Shown here: in pieces, positions 53,301 through 64,000 of the stretch
Numbering within the stretch: the first letter of the stretch is position 1
How the letters are laid out: every line of letters starts with the position of its first letter
Assembly (NCBI RefSeq): GCF_018350175.1
Contig: NC_058368.1
Coordinates: 232,626,001-232,690,000, forward strand
From: Felis catus
Lineage: Eukaryota
DNA: 64,000 nucleotides
Reading direction: 5' to 3'
Position numbers and translations under genes: made by a program
Notes under the pieces: generated by a model
Databases searched by the model: none
What the model was told of the DNA's origin: nothing
What the model saw: only the letters and a program-made list of their open reading frames with translations

Positions 53301-54257
53301 AGAGGGACTTTGTCCTGCAAGGTTCGAGTTTAGTAGCCCGGATGGAGAGACGTGCAGGCACCTGGCGACAAACAGGTGTCAGAGTAGAAGGATTAAAAGT
53401 AACATTTCCGGTTTTGTCGCTGACTGCCTATAGGTAGTGAGGTGAGTCTTTCCCTCAGTTTTATCATCTACTGAATGGAGATAGTTATGCCAATTTTTCT
53501 AGAATTTGCATTGATCATCTGAATACCAGCTATCAGCAAGCCAGTCGGAGCATGTGTGCGGGGGCGGAGGGGGGAGGCAGGCCGTGAAAGTTAAGAGCCT
53601 GTAGAGGGAATGGAGCCCAGCACAGCAGGTGTACAGATAGGGCAAGAGGTGGTAAGCCGAGGAGGATGCGGTCGTAGACAAAACTAGGAAACTTCTGGGG
53701 GATAAAGAGTTACACAGATAGGATACCACTCTACCCCGGGCCTGCCCCAGCCATCGTGCACTCAGGCTACAGGCCCAACAAGATGTGGTCAATACCTAGG
53801 AGCGTGTGGCCAGACAGTTGAAAGTTGCCATCAATTTGCAACCGGTTACATTTAACAAAATGGGCCTGTTGATGATACATTTTGCTTGCAGATGTTAAGA
53901 AATTTAAGGTGGCCGACTCACTTAAATTAAACATGTGTAACTGATATAAGAGCAACTGCAGACAGATTAAGATGAACCTCACTTAGCCCACAATTTCTTC
54001 TCATGCAAGAAGCTTGAAACTGGGTGAAGTCTGTCCCTCCCTGGTTGCAGAGACGGGCTGGGTTCTTCCAACCTGCAGGAGGTTTCTCCTCCTCTTTCCT
54101 GATGAAGTAGCCATTGCTCTCCCTGCATTAGGGTTGCTGGGGCTCACAGGTGCCCTTGGAATCTCCTCAATCTTTCCTTGTTTCCCAGCATGAGGGACTC
54201 CGTGGCTACCATTTTTTTTCTCTTCTTATGTTTTTATATGCTCCTTCATCGATGAGA

Positions 54258-54482
54258 TTTTTTTTTAAATTTTTTTAATGTTTATTTATTTTTGAGACAG
54301 AGAGAGATAGAGCATGAATGGGGGAGGGTCAGAGAGAGAGGGAGACACAGAATCTGAAGCAGGCTGCAGGCTCTGAGCAAGCTGTCAGCACAGAGCCCGA
54401 CGCGGGGCTCAGACTCACGGACCGCGAGATCGTGACCTGAGCTGAAGTCGGACGCTCAACCGACTGAGCCACCCAGGCGCCC
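54258..54482 (-). mobile_element. Can-SINE inserted in the tail of another SINE
   Basis: TSD atgagattttttt at 54252/54485. Confidence 0.95.
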
Positions 54483-54489
54483 TAATGAG

Positions 54490-54675
54490 ATTTTTTTTTA
54501 ATTTATTTATTCTGAGAGAGGTGGGGGCAGAGAGAGAGGGAGAGAGAGAATCCCAAGCAGGCTCCACGCTGTCGGCACAGAGCCCGACATGGGGCTCAAA
54601 CCCACGAACCGTGAGATCGTGACCTGAGCCGAAACCAAGAGTCAGATGCTCAACCAACTGAGCCACCCAGGCTCC
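54490..54675 (-). mobile_element. Can-SINE (older host)
   Basis: antisense body ending cacccaggctccc. Confidence 0.93.
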
Positions 54676-54899
54676 CTGCTTTTGATGAAACACTTAATGA
54701 GGGTCTGTGAGATGCAGACATAGAGTAAGGCTGTGCACATTTAAAGGCAAAGAAAATGGGATTTCTGCCTCCGGGGTGGTCGCAGTCACTCAGCTAAGGC
54801 AGTTGCGCCAGTAAACAGGCTTTCAGACAATGTGATCACAACAGTGTGTGTTTGGGTGGGGGTGGTTGCTACAGCTGATGACCCCATCTAAGGCTTGGG

Positions 54900-55480
54900 T
54901 GGATAGGACCTGAGGTCTGTGACGTCACAGCCAGCTTGCCAACCTCTTAGATATTGAACAATCAGCGCTGAGCTGTCATTGGTCAGCCCCGGCCCACCGC
55001 TGCCCCCCAGGACAACAGCCTCTCGCTCAGAGAGAGAAGCCTCCCCCTCAGAATCATGTTTCGGCATCTTCGTTTTGAAATATCCTTCAGATGCTGTCAC
55101 TTCGGTCCCTTGCGGTCCCCAGCTGCCAGGTGATTGTGTGCCGTGGAGGCTGCTGGGAGGCTCTGCGGAGCTGGTGACGACACGGAGAACACGGCCGTGA
55201 CATTTGGAGCCACACACCGAGAGACCCTCTCCCCAGCATCGACCACGGGGATGGCTATGCCAACTGGAGCAGGGAATGGTGAGGGTGCCAGGAAGAAGCG
55301 TGGACGCCGGACGGTACAACACGGAGCACGGAGAGCAAACAGAGAAGAAAGTGGACGCTGCCCTTGGTGCGTCGGATTCTCTCCCAAACGTGCAGGAAAC
55401 AGGAGGGGCTGGGAAGCAGCAGGGAAACGTTTCCTGGCACGGGCTGGGGAGTTTGCAGACAAACACGAGGCCAGCTTCCA
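54900..55480. promoter_or_regulatory. CpG-enriched candidate promoter/enhancer with full CRE and CCAAT
   Basis: palindrome ctgtgacgtcacag 54917-54930; attgg at 54978; many retained CpGs. Confidence 0.35.
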
Positions 55481-56403
55481 AGAATTATCAGTTGGATTAA
55501 TTAATCCCTAAGAACCTAATTACCATGAATCTTATTCCTGGGCACAAGGTATCTGAGCTGAGATTTGTGTGTCTGCAAAGAAACCAACATTAAGGGGGAG
55601 GCTTCGGGGATAATTAGGATCCCAAACTGGGGAAATGTCAGTGGGGGTTCCGTTATCGATGCCCGAAAGCCTCACCCGCCCCAGGGCTGAGATCGTGGCT
55701 GTAGAAAAGGCTCAGGCCGGGAAGAATGAGCAGGTCCAGGATCACCGTGGGATTTGGCTGGGAAGTGTGTAAAATATAACTTGCTGCAAAGCAGAGCACG
55801 GAAGTGTCATTTTATACGCTTCCACGTGGAAACAGAGGAGCACCAGGGCCCTTACAGCCCACCGCCAAGGACACGCTGGAGAAACAGGTTGGGAAGCCAC
55901 TCGGGCAGCGTGACTTTTTCAGAACAGTGTCATGGGGGAGGAGCATGAGGACCCAATGAGTGACTTATGAAGCAGGAGATAGCTGGCACTAACCCCTAGG
56001 CAAGCAGGACGCAAGCAAAGTGGAAGAGCTCACAGCAAATACCTACCTGGGCTGGTTTCAGGTGGACCTAAATTAGTACCGACCAGAATGAACTGAACTC
56101 CATGTGCCCCGCACCAGGGACAGTACCTGGGGAGTGGAATAGATAAAGAACATAGATTCCAGGGGGCAGAAGTGGAGAGGGAAGCGCAGGAGAAGGAGTC
56201 AAGCTAGAGATGGGCAGGTGTCATGAAAAACAGCAGGGAGAAGCAGGTTCCTGGGCAGGAATAGTGAACGTGTGGCCTGGTTTCTGCAGCCTCCCAGGGA
56301 GACGGCATTTCCCAGGCTCCGAAAGAAAGTGAGGCATTAAGGGCTCAGAGATATTGAAGGAGGTAGAGACAGGATAAACAGGGAGGAAAACACAATACAT
56401 ACG

Positions 56404-56549
56404 TGTATTTGTCAGGATTTCCCAGAGAAACAGGATGGGTAGATAGATAGATGAATAGATAGTTAGATGATAGATAGATGATAGATAGATAGATAGATAG
56501 ATAGTAGATAGATGATAAATAGATAAATAGATAGATATAGATAGATGAT

Positions 56550-56587
<38 letters not shown>

Positions 56588-56615
56588 CAATAGACAGATA
56601 GTAGATAGATGATAA

Positions 56616-56663
<48 letters not shown>

Positions 56664-57025
56664 TAGATAGATTTATTCTAGGAATTGGCTCACTCTGTCA
56701 TGGAGAGTCCAAAATATATTTGGCAAGCCTGCAGGTTGGAGACTCTGAAAAAAGTTTCAGGTCAATTCCAAGGGCCTTATACTAATAGAATTCCTTCTTA
56801 GCTGGGAAAGTCAGTCTTTGTTCTCTTAAATTGTTCAACTGATTTGCCAAAGCCCACCATTTCATTGAGAGTAACCTACTCTACTCAAAGTCCAGTGATT
56901 CAAATGTTAGTATCACGAAACAAAAACAAAAACAAAAAACTTCGCAGAAACATCCACAATACTTACTGTTGGGCCAAAAATCTGGGCACCAGGGCCCCGC
57001 CAGGTCGACACATTAACTGTCACAA
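56404..57025 (-). mobile_element. ERVL LTR (MLT2-type) with large (GATA)n expansion
   Basis: tgtatttgtcaggatttcccagagaaaca...atttattctaggaattggctcac...gtcgacacattaactgtcaca. Confidence 0.85.
56438..56670. repeat. Compound (GATA)n tetranucleotide STR
   Basis: direct inspection. Confidence 0.97.
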
Positions 57026-57391
57026 TATGGTTCCCATTGAGGCCGTTCAGAGTTAAGAATCAGAAGGTAAAGGCAACTTAAGACCTGGGAAATAAAAGAG
57101 GAAAAATGAAAGAAAGGAAGTCATTTCAAGGGCATAGGGAGGGATGATTCAGACCCAAGAAAATGTGTAAGAGTGGAACGCGGAGTAACTACTTATTATG
57201 GATGCAAGATTGCAGAAAACTAGAGAAAAGACTGTTGAGGTTTTGAAAGAAACATTTTTTAAAAGTAATGTTTGTAATGAAGAAGCAGGAAGAAACGAGT
57301 TTATGTATTTGCCATTTTGGGTAAATTGGTAGAAGTGGGGGGACTTTAATTACAAAATGAGCCCAAAAAGTGGTTACTTTTCAGGTATTTT

Positions 57392-57620
57392 TTATTTATT
57401 TATTTTTTAATTTTTTTTTAACGTTTATTTATTTTTGAGACAGAGAGACAGAGCATGAACGGGGGAGGGGCAGAGAGAGAGGGAGACACAGAACCGGAAG
57501 CAGGCTCCAGGCTCCGAGGCATCAGCCCAGAGCCGGTCGCGTGGCTCGAACTCACGGACCGTGAGATCGTGACCTGAGCTGAAGTCGGATGCTTACCCGA
57601 CTGAGCCACCCAGGCGCCCC
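57392..57620 (-). mobile_element. Can-SINE (SINEC_Fc-type)
   Basis: TSD ttttcaggtatttt. Confidence 0.96.
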
Positions 57621-58644
57621 ATTTTTCAGGTATTTTAAGGAGGCCAATGTCAGCCACCTTCTTTCCCCTTCTAAGTGTGGCACCAAGACATGGTAATGGA
57701 TGCCGACAGTCCCAGGAGCTGGAGAACGTTCTCTTGGGGAAGTTGTGCCCACTGTTCAACGTGGGGAACTGAGACACTAGGTTGACGGAGTGGCTGGTAT
57801 CTTTCCAAGGGCTCACGCTAGGGAAAGCCAAATATAGAACGTGCACCGCGCAAACGCACTCTTGAGAATCCAGTAACGTTTCTTTGGAGTTGCTGTGTCC
57901 TGAGTTGCCCAGAATTATTTTCTTGCTGCACCTGACTTTTGCTCTGATTCACGCTTCGGAGGCCAGCCCTTTAATTTTTTATTAACCTCTATAAAGGTGA
58001 CATGACCACATACCATGAGAAATATTCATGGGAAATCCAGAATAGATTATTCAATTCACTCTGTGCCTGCTTATTAAGAACACCTCTCATGCCCATCATT
58101 CAATTTGATTTAGACAAATAGGTTTTGTGGACTGGTGTCCATGGAAATACGAACATTTATGCCTGCACTAAGTTCCTTTTCTTCATATCTAAAGTTTAGA
58201 AAAGATAGCTTGCGCCTGTCTATTAGAGATTTTTGTAATGTGGTCATTTTACTCTGCTTTGATTTTCATGAAAATGTATGACCCAATTGCTTTTGGATTA
58301 AAACCAGTAATTATAGGTTTTATCCACAAAGATAAATTTAGAGGACGAGAGAGTTTCAAATTCAGAATAATAAGAAATCAGCATAGCTGTAGGCATTGTT
58401 TTAAATTAAATTAAGAAAGGATCAATTGTCCTGAGAAAAATTTGACTTTCTTTCCTTGCCTCTTTATTTCCATCTGCACACTCTGCATTCAAATGCAGTC
58501 TTTATCTTGTCTGCTGTAGTACTTTGTTCTCACAGTTAAGTAAAAACTAAACCGATAATGCCATTTGATCATCGATTGTGGCTGAAATGGCCGCCATGCT
58601 ACAGGCATGAAAATCATAGGGTGAGCAGTGTGTCTTGTGCCTTA

Positions 58645-59565
58645 TGGATATTTTCACTTCGCATGTTTTCAAATTTCATCCGTGCTGGAAGATACATAGG
58701 ACTTCATTCCTTTTGATTGCAGAAAGATATTCTTTTCTATGAATTTACCACATTTGAGTTTTACACTTAGCACTTGATGGGCATTTGGGTTTCTTCCATT
58801 TTTTGGCACTTCTAAATAATCCTGCTGTTAACTTACATGTACAAATTTTTGTGTGAACATATATTTCATTTCTCTTGGGTATGTATTTAGAAGTGAAACT
58901 TTGGGTCATATGGTAACTCTATTTATGTTTTTGAGGAACTTCCAGACTATATCCCTGAGTAGCTTCAACATTTTACATTTCCACCAGCCTTGTAGGAAAA
59001 TCCCAGTTTTTCCACATCCTCATCAATACTCGTTATTGTCTGTGTTGTTTTGTTTTGTGTTGCTGCATCCAAGTGGGAGTGATAGAATACTCAATTGTGA
59101 TTTTGGTCATATTTCTCGGTTGACCAATAACATCGAACATTTTTTCATGTGCTTATTGGCCATTTGTATAAATTCCTTGAAGAAATAACTATGTAGATCA
59201 TTTGCCTATGTATACATGAGTCATTTGCCTCTTTTATTGAGTTGTAAGAGCTCTTTATATATTCTGTGTACAAGTCCTTATTAGATAGATATATGTTTTG
59301 CAAGTAATTCTCCCATTCTTTGTATTGTTTGTTCACTTTCTTAATGGTGTCATTTGTAGCACAAAGTTTTTTAATTTTGATGAAGTCTAGCTTAGCTATT
59401 TTTTTTCTCTTGTTTCTTGTGGGTTTGATGTAATATCTAAGACTGCCTGGTGTAAGGTCACAACTATTTACTGTTATACTTTTGCTAGGGGTTTTATAGT
59501 TTTAGATTTTCCATTTAGGTCTTTGATTCATTTTATGTGTGGTGTGAGGTAGGGCTCCAACTTTG
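58645..59565 (-). mobile_element. L1 (L1MB-like) fragment
   Basis: tttttgaggaacttccagact...catgtgcttattggccatttgtata...ttaattttgatgaagtc. Confidence 0.88.
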
Positions 59566-60487
59566 GGAACAATTATCTCTTTCCTTCTTATAACTTGTGT
59601 TCCCCTCAAATGGTGCATGAGTGTGCTCTTGGCCTTCAAATACATCAGGCTAGAAACAAAATATCAAACAAAATATTAGAAAAGAGACAAATCATGATAG
59701 GATGACATGGGAACCTATTTTCTTACTTTAGGATTGCCAACAGAAGTTGTAAAATAAACATAAATACAACTCAGCACAGCATTCGGGTGCCCAAAGCACA
59801 TATTCTCAGTAAATCTCTTCTTGTTGCCGCTTAAGGATTTACACATTTGACTTGACCGTGTGAGATGACGCAACCAGCCTCACTCCTGCCTTTGATGGTT
59901 TTCCCATACGCATCATGCTATTTTTCACCTCTGTCTGCCCGTGGAGTGACGGTACAAATTCTGGTAAGAAAAATATGTGCCAAAAAATGTTAATTTTTCT
60001 TTGTCCATAGCGTATTCTGTGGTCCCGTTAAGCCTCATACCCAAAAGACTTAATCTGTGACCAAAAGGCTTAAATCTTCATCTTATCAACAACTTAATTA
60101 GTTCATTAATTAGTTCAGACAGAAAGTGCTCATTCTCTGAGGGCTGCCTCCCCCCCCCCCCCCGGCCCTGCCATTTCTCTGTCTTACAGAAGTCCAGGAT
60201 CTAGGATACAGGATATTCGACGCACATATTATGTAGCACTGGAGGAGGGGCTTCCCTGCCTGGTCTTTCCAGGTGTGAGAGAAACAGAATTGATACCCCT
60301 TTCTCTCCCTCTCTTTCCTACAACTCCTTGGCCAGAGAACCATAGACTTCTCTTTGACTTCTACTCTCATAAGAGGGAAGAACAGTATGTTTTCAAACTA
60401 GAGGGAAGTTCTGTATATTGGATTATCCAAGTTTACTCCTTAATATTTCTAAGGGGAGTTTCACAGAGATTTGGAAAATTCCCTTCT

Positions 60488-60674
60488 TTTTTAAGTTTAT
60501 TTATTTATTTTGAGAGACACAGAGAGAGTGCAAGTGGAGGAGGGCAGAGAGAGAGAGACAGAGAGAGAATCCCAAGCAGGCTCTGCGCTGTCAGAGCTCT
60601 CACGAAACTAAGATCATGACCTGAGCCAAAATCAAGAGTCAGGCACTCAACCAACTGAGCCACCCAGATGCCCC
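60488..60674 (-). mobile_element. Can-SINE (older)
   Basis: antisense body. Confidence 0.92.
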
Positions 60675-60929
60675 AGCACACTGAATATTCAGAAATTGAA
60701 TTTTGATTCATCATTTTTGTCTTTCTTATATTTTATGTCAAATCCTTCCATCAAGCAACTTTTTTTTTTTTCAGAATTGCAATGGAGAAAAGCAGTGTAC
60801 TTAAGTCTTCAAATCTTACCCTGTTGCCCTAATGGCTCCATCGTCATGTGGGAAACATCCCCTGCCTCCCTCCCAGACAGTTTCCCTGGTGCCCGGGCTG
60901 AGTTATAGTAGCAATCTGGACCGACTGTT

Positions 60930-61300
60930 GTGTTTGTACACAATGCCAGGTGCTGGGCTAAGATTATCACATTCATCCTCACAACCTTTCTATAATAGAG
61001 GTATTGTTAATTTCACCTGATGGAGGAAGGACCGGCGCACAGATACTAAGTGAGGTAGAAATAATAAATGATCTCTGCTCAGAGATTTAAACGTAGATGT
61101 ATCAGACCCAAGCCAGACCCACAGCACCTGGCTAAATTGTTTCCTCACTGAGTTGTACCCTATTTTTATATGAGTGGTCGTTACTACATTGTGAGTGTCC
61201 TGGGACCAGGGCATCTGCTGTGTTTACTCTTAACTCCAGTACCTAGCAGAGTGACTATCCCACAATAAATGCCTAATAAATGTATGCTAAGCTAATGAAG
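60930..61300. mobile_element. MIR and L2 remnants
   Basis: atgccaggtgctgggctaag...atcctcacaacc; ccagtacctagcagagtgact...taataaatgtatg. Confidence 0.55.
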
Positions 61301-63469
61301 CAGCATAAACCGGCGATGATGATGAGTGGAGACTAAGTTTCACAGCCCTGGATGGAAACAGGACACTCTGAGACCACACAATGATGCGGAACTCTCCTCT
61401 GCAGTTCTACAGAAGCTACAAAAACACAAGGGCATGACTGAAAAGGCCCGTTAATGGGGCAGACAATCATGTAGAGGTTAGAAGAGGACGACAATGGAGG
61501 GCTGGAAAATAAAGGTTATTCAAGATGGACAAACTTTTGAAGTGTGAACACTTCAAACGTGTAAAAATAATGGGAGGAGAAAGGCACCAAAGTCTAGAGA
61601 ACAGACTGAAACACCTGGCATATTGTAAGGGCCACAGATTCATCAATGAGCCTGAAGCAGAGGTTCGGTGGAAGGAAGAGTGAGGAAAGGAAGATAAAAA
61701 TAAGTGCTGGTGCCATGTTGTAAATGGTCCTAAATCTGTTGACGTTAAACCTGATGCTCAAAGGGGATCAAGTGGACTGCAGCACGTTGGATAGATTGAA
61801 TTAAGAAGTAAGGGGAGAGGGGTGGGCGTGGGCAGGGAGGAGAGCTGGAGGAATAAGGATGAGGTGGGGCTAGTTAAAGGGTCCCTGCGATGACCCTGGT
61901 AGCAGGGTAAGTGTTGGAGTGATGGGAGGGGCCGAAATTACAGAAGGAAGAGAGAACATGAAGAATTCTCTAGATATAGAGAGCAGGAGTGCAGGGAAAA
62001 GCTGAACAGTTGATCTCCCATGAAGGAAAATCCTGGTCATACGTGAAATCCTAACACTGAGAGAGGAAACGACTACACAATTGGCAGATGGGGGCTGGTA
62101 GGAGCACCTGAGTTTGACTTCAGACACATGATGTAAGGAGGGGGTGAGGGTCTTGCCATTAGCCTTGTAGGGCTGAGCTGGTTCCCACTGGGGTCAGGAA
62201 TGTGCTGGAACCTGTGATCCTGTGGGTCAAGGATAAACTACCCTACTGCCCAAAGATGTGCCACTACACAAGGCAGGTGTTCAAAAAAATATTTACAGAA
62301 TGATTACATCAATGCAATTATTTCCAAATTTGAAGTGTTTCAGTGTATTCGGTCTGAATAAACAACATTGGTTGGGACTGGAGGGTTTCCTCCTTTTATA
62401 TAGTTATAGAAATAAACACCATAAGCACCAGTCATTGTAATTTCTAATACACGATTTCCAAACGGTGATGGTTATCTCGATGTGAGGTTAACACCTTCCA
62501 CTTTCACGTTCTTCCATTCAGAGGCTCAGGGGTTAGCGCCAGGCCTGGCACATGGAAGGGTCAGACCCTTGCTGCTGTGTAATCACCTCACGTGGGGAAG
62601 TCCTTCTGGAACTTTCCTTTCCACGCAAGGCAGTTTTCCACAAGGTAAGAGGGAAAAACAACTAGGAGGCCATTAAAAAATCTATTTTACAACCTTGAGC
62701 TGCAATAGAATTTGACAATTGAACTTTACAGGAAAATGAGTCAACTTTATCTGATAAAGTTATTACCTATAAAGGTTGTTTGGTCATGTTCCTTTATTGA
62801 AATGGCAGTAGGTAAGGTTGCAATATTAAAAATTAATTAGGTGAAGTGTGTGCTCTTTGAAAGGACACAGCAGAGACAAAGCCCTGAGAGCCTGAGGTGG
62901 TGCAGGGCCTGGCTGAGCTCTTGACCTTTTCCCAAAGCTTCTACCTTCAAGGAGGGAGCTCCCCCTGCAGGGCTGACGGGCTGAGAACCAGGAGGGCTGG
63001 GGACTGCCACACTACAGGCCAGGGACACTGTGGGCTAGGGACAGTGTAGGCCAGGGTCCTTGGAGGCTGTGAGCACCTCAGGGTCCAGAGAAGTGGGCTC
63101 AGACGGACTCGGGGACTGAACCACGGGAGTCAAGACACACGTCCCACCCTGGGCGACTTTCTCCCTGTTACTAAAATTCAGGGCCTGGACAGCCATTCCC
63201 ACAGCTGAGATCCCTGCTAATTCCCTTCCCACCCCAGTTCTGGGGACACATTTGCAAGGCGAGGTGCTGCAGCCACAGCCAAGGCGGAAGGAGACTGGCC
63301 TTCTCTAAGGCCACACCCGGCCCTGGGAAAGAAGGAACTGCCCAGGTGACGGGATCTTGACTGTTAACTCTGCAAGCGGCAAAACTCATGCTATCTACAA
63401 AGATTTCAGTCACCCTTTGGTATGTCTGCTCTCCTATTAGCCTGTCAGGGCCCAGTGTATCTCTTAAAA

Positions 63470-63481
63470 ATGTTTATTTAT

Positions 63482-63514
<33 letters not shown>

Positions 63515-63658
63515 CAGAGGGAGAGAGAGAATCCCAAGCAGGCTCCACGCCGTCAGCGCACTCCCTGAGGCAGAGCTCTATCCCACCAAGCGGGAGATCA
63601 TGACTTGAGCTGAAGTCAAGAGTCGGGCACTTAAGCGACTGAGCCACGCAGGCGACCC
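63470..63658 (-). mobile_element. Can-SINE (older)
   Basis: TSD ggcccag(t/a)gtat. Confidence 0.92.
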
Positions 63659-63913
63659 AAGGCCCAGAGTATTGCAAACCAATAAAGAAAGTTCTGGTTG
63701 TACTCAGAGCTGGAGGTCTGTGTCCACGCCTGCCAGCGGACTGCCCCGAGCAGAGCATCTGCTGGGTTTTAGCAAAGTGCCATACCCCAGTGTTCCCCAA
63801 GGGGCACCGTTTCTGGAGCAACACTAAGATTCCACAACAGGGCAGCCTGGTCTGTTCTATAGATACATTTATGTAAACCTTAGACACCACATTGCCTATT
63901 TGGTCCCATCAAA

Positions 63914-63945
<32 letters not shown>

Positions 63946-64000
63946 AGTTGTGTTGAATGACTATAACGTTCACAGAAATCGCATAGAGATTTTTAATTTG

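Noticed and set aside
54888..55511. 197-aa and overlapping ORFs
   Set aside because: Long ORFs on both strands are expected from high GC content; no domain recognised
63840..63947. A-run plus (GAA)n as a possible retrocopy tail
   Set aside because: No TSD, poly(A) signal or recognisable parent mRNA upstream

Overview
Mammalian genomic DNA from a carnivore, most likely a felid: it carries 28 tRNA-derived Can-SINE copies, including five near-identical copies of a young feline SINEC_Fc-type subfamily. The window looks intergenic or intronic and is dominated by interspersed repeats: Can-SINEs with target-site duplications (TSDs), L1 fragments, MaLR/ERVL/ERV1/ERV2 solo LTRs, a MER44-type Tigger MITE and microsatellites. 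I could not recognise any protein-coding gene, RNA gene or CRISPR array. Nearly all listed ORFs are explained by SINE, L1 ORF2, LTR or microsatellite sequence, or by chance. Items worth checking are: a twin-primed L1 later split by a solo LTR; a betaretrovirus-like solo LTR with a 6-bp TSD; SINE tails expanded into long microsatellites; candidate promoters at about 41.9 kb and 54.9 kb; a few exon-like segments with canonical splice sites; and AT-rich enhancer-like blocks. I found no convincing evidence of a novel biological system. Repeat family names are assigned by eye and most boundaries are approximate.
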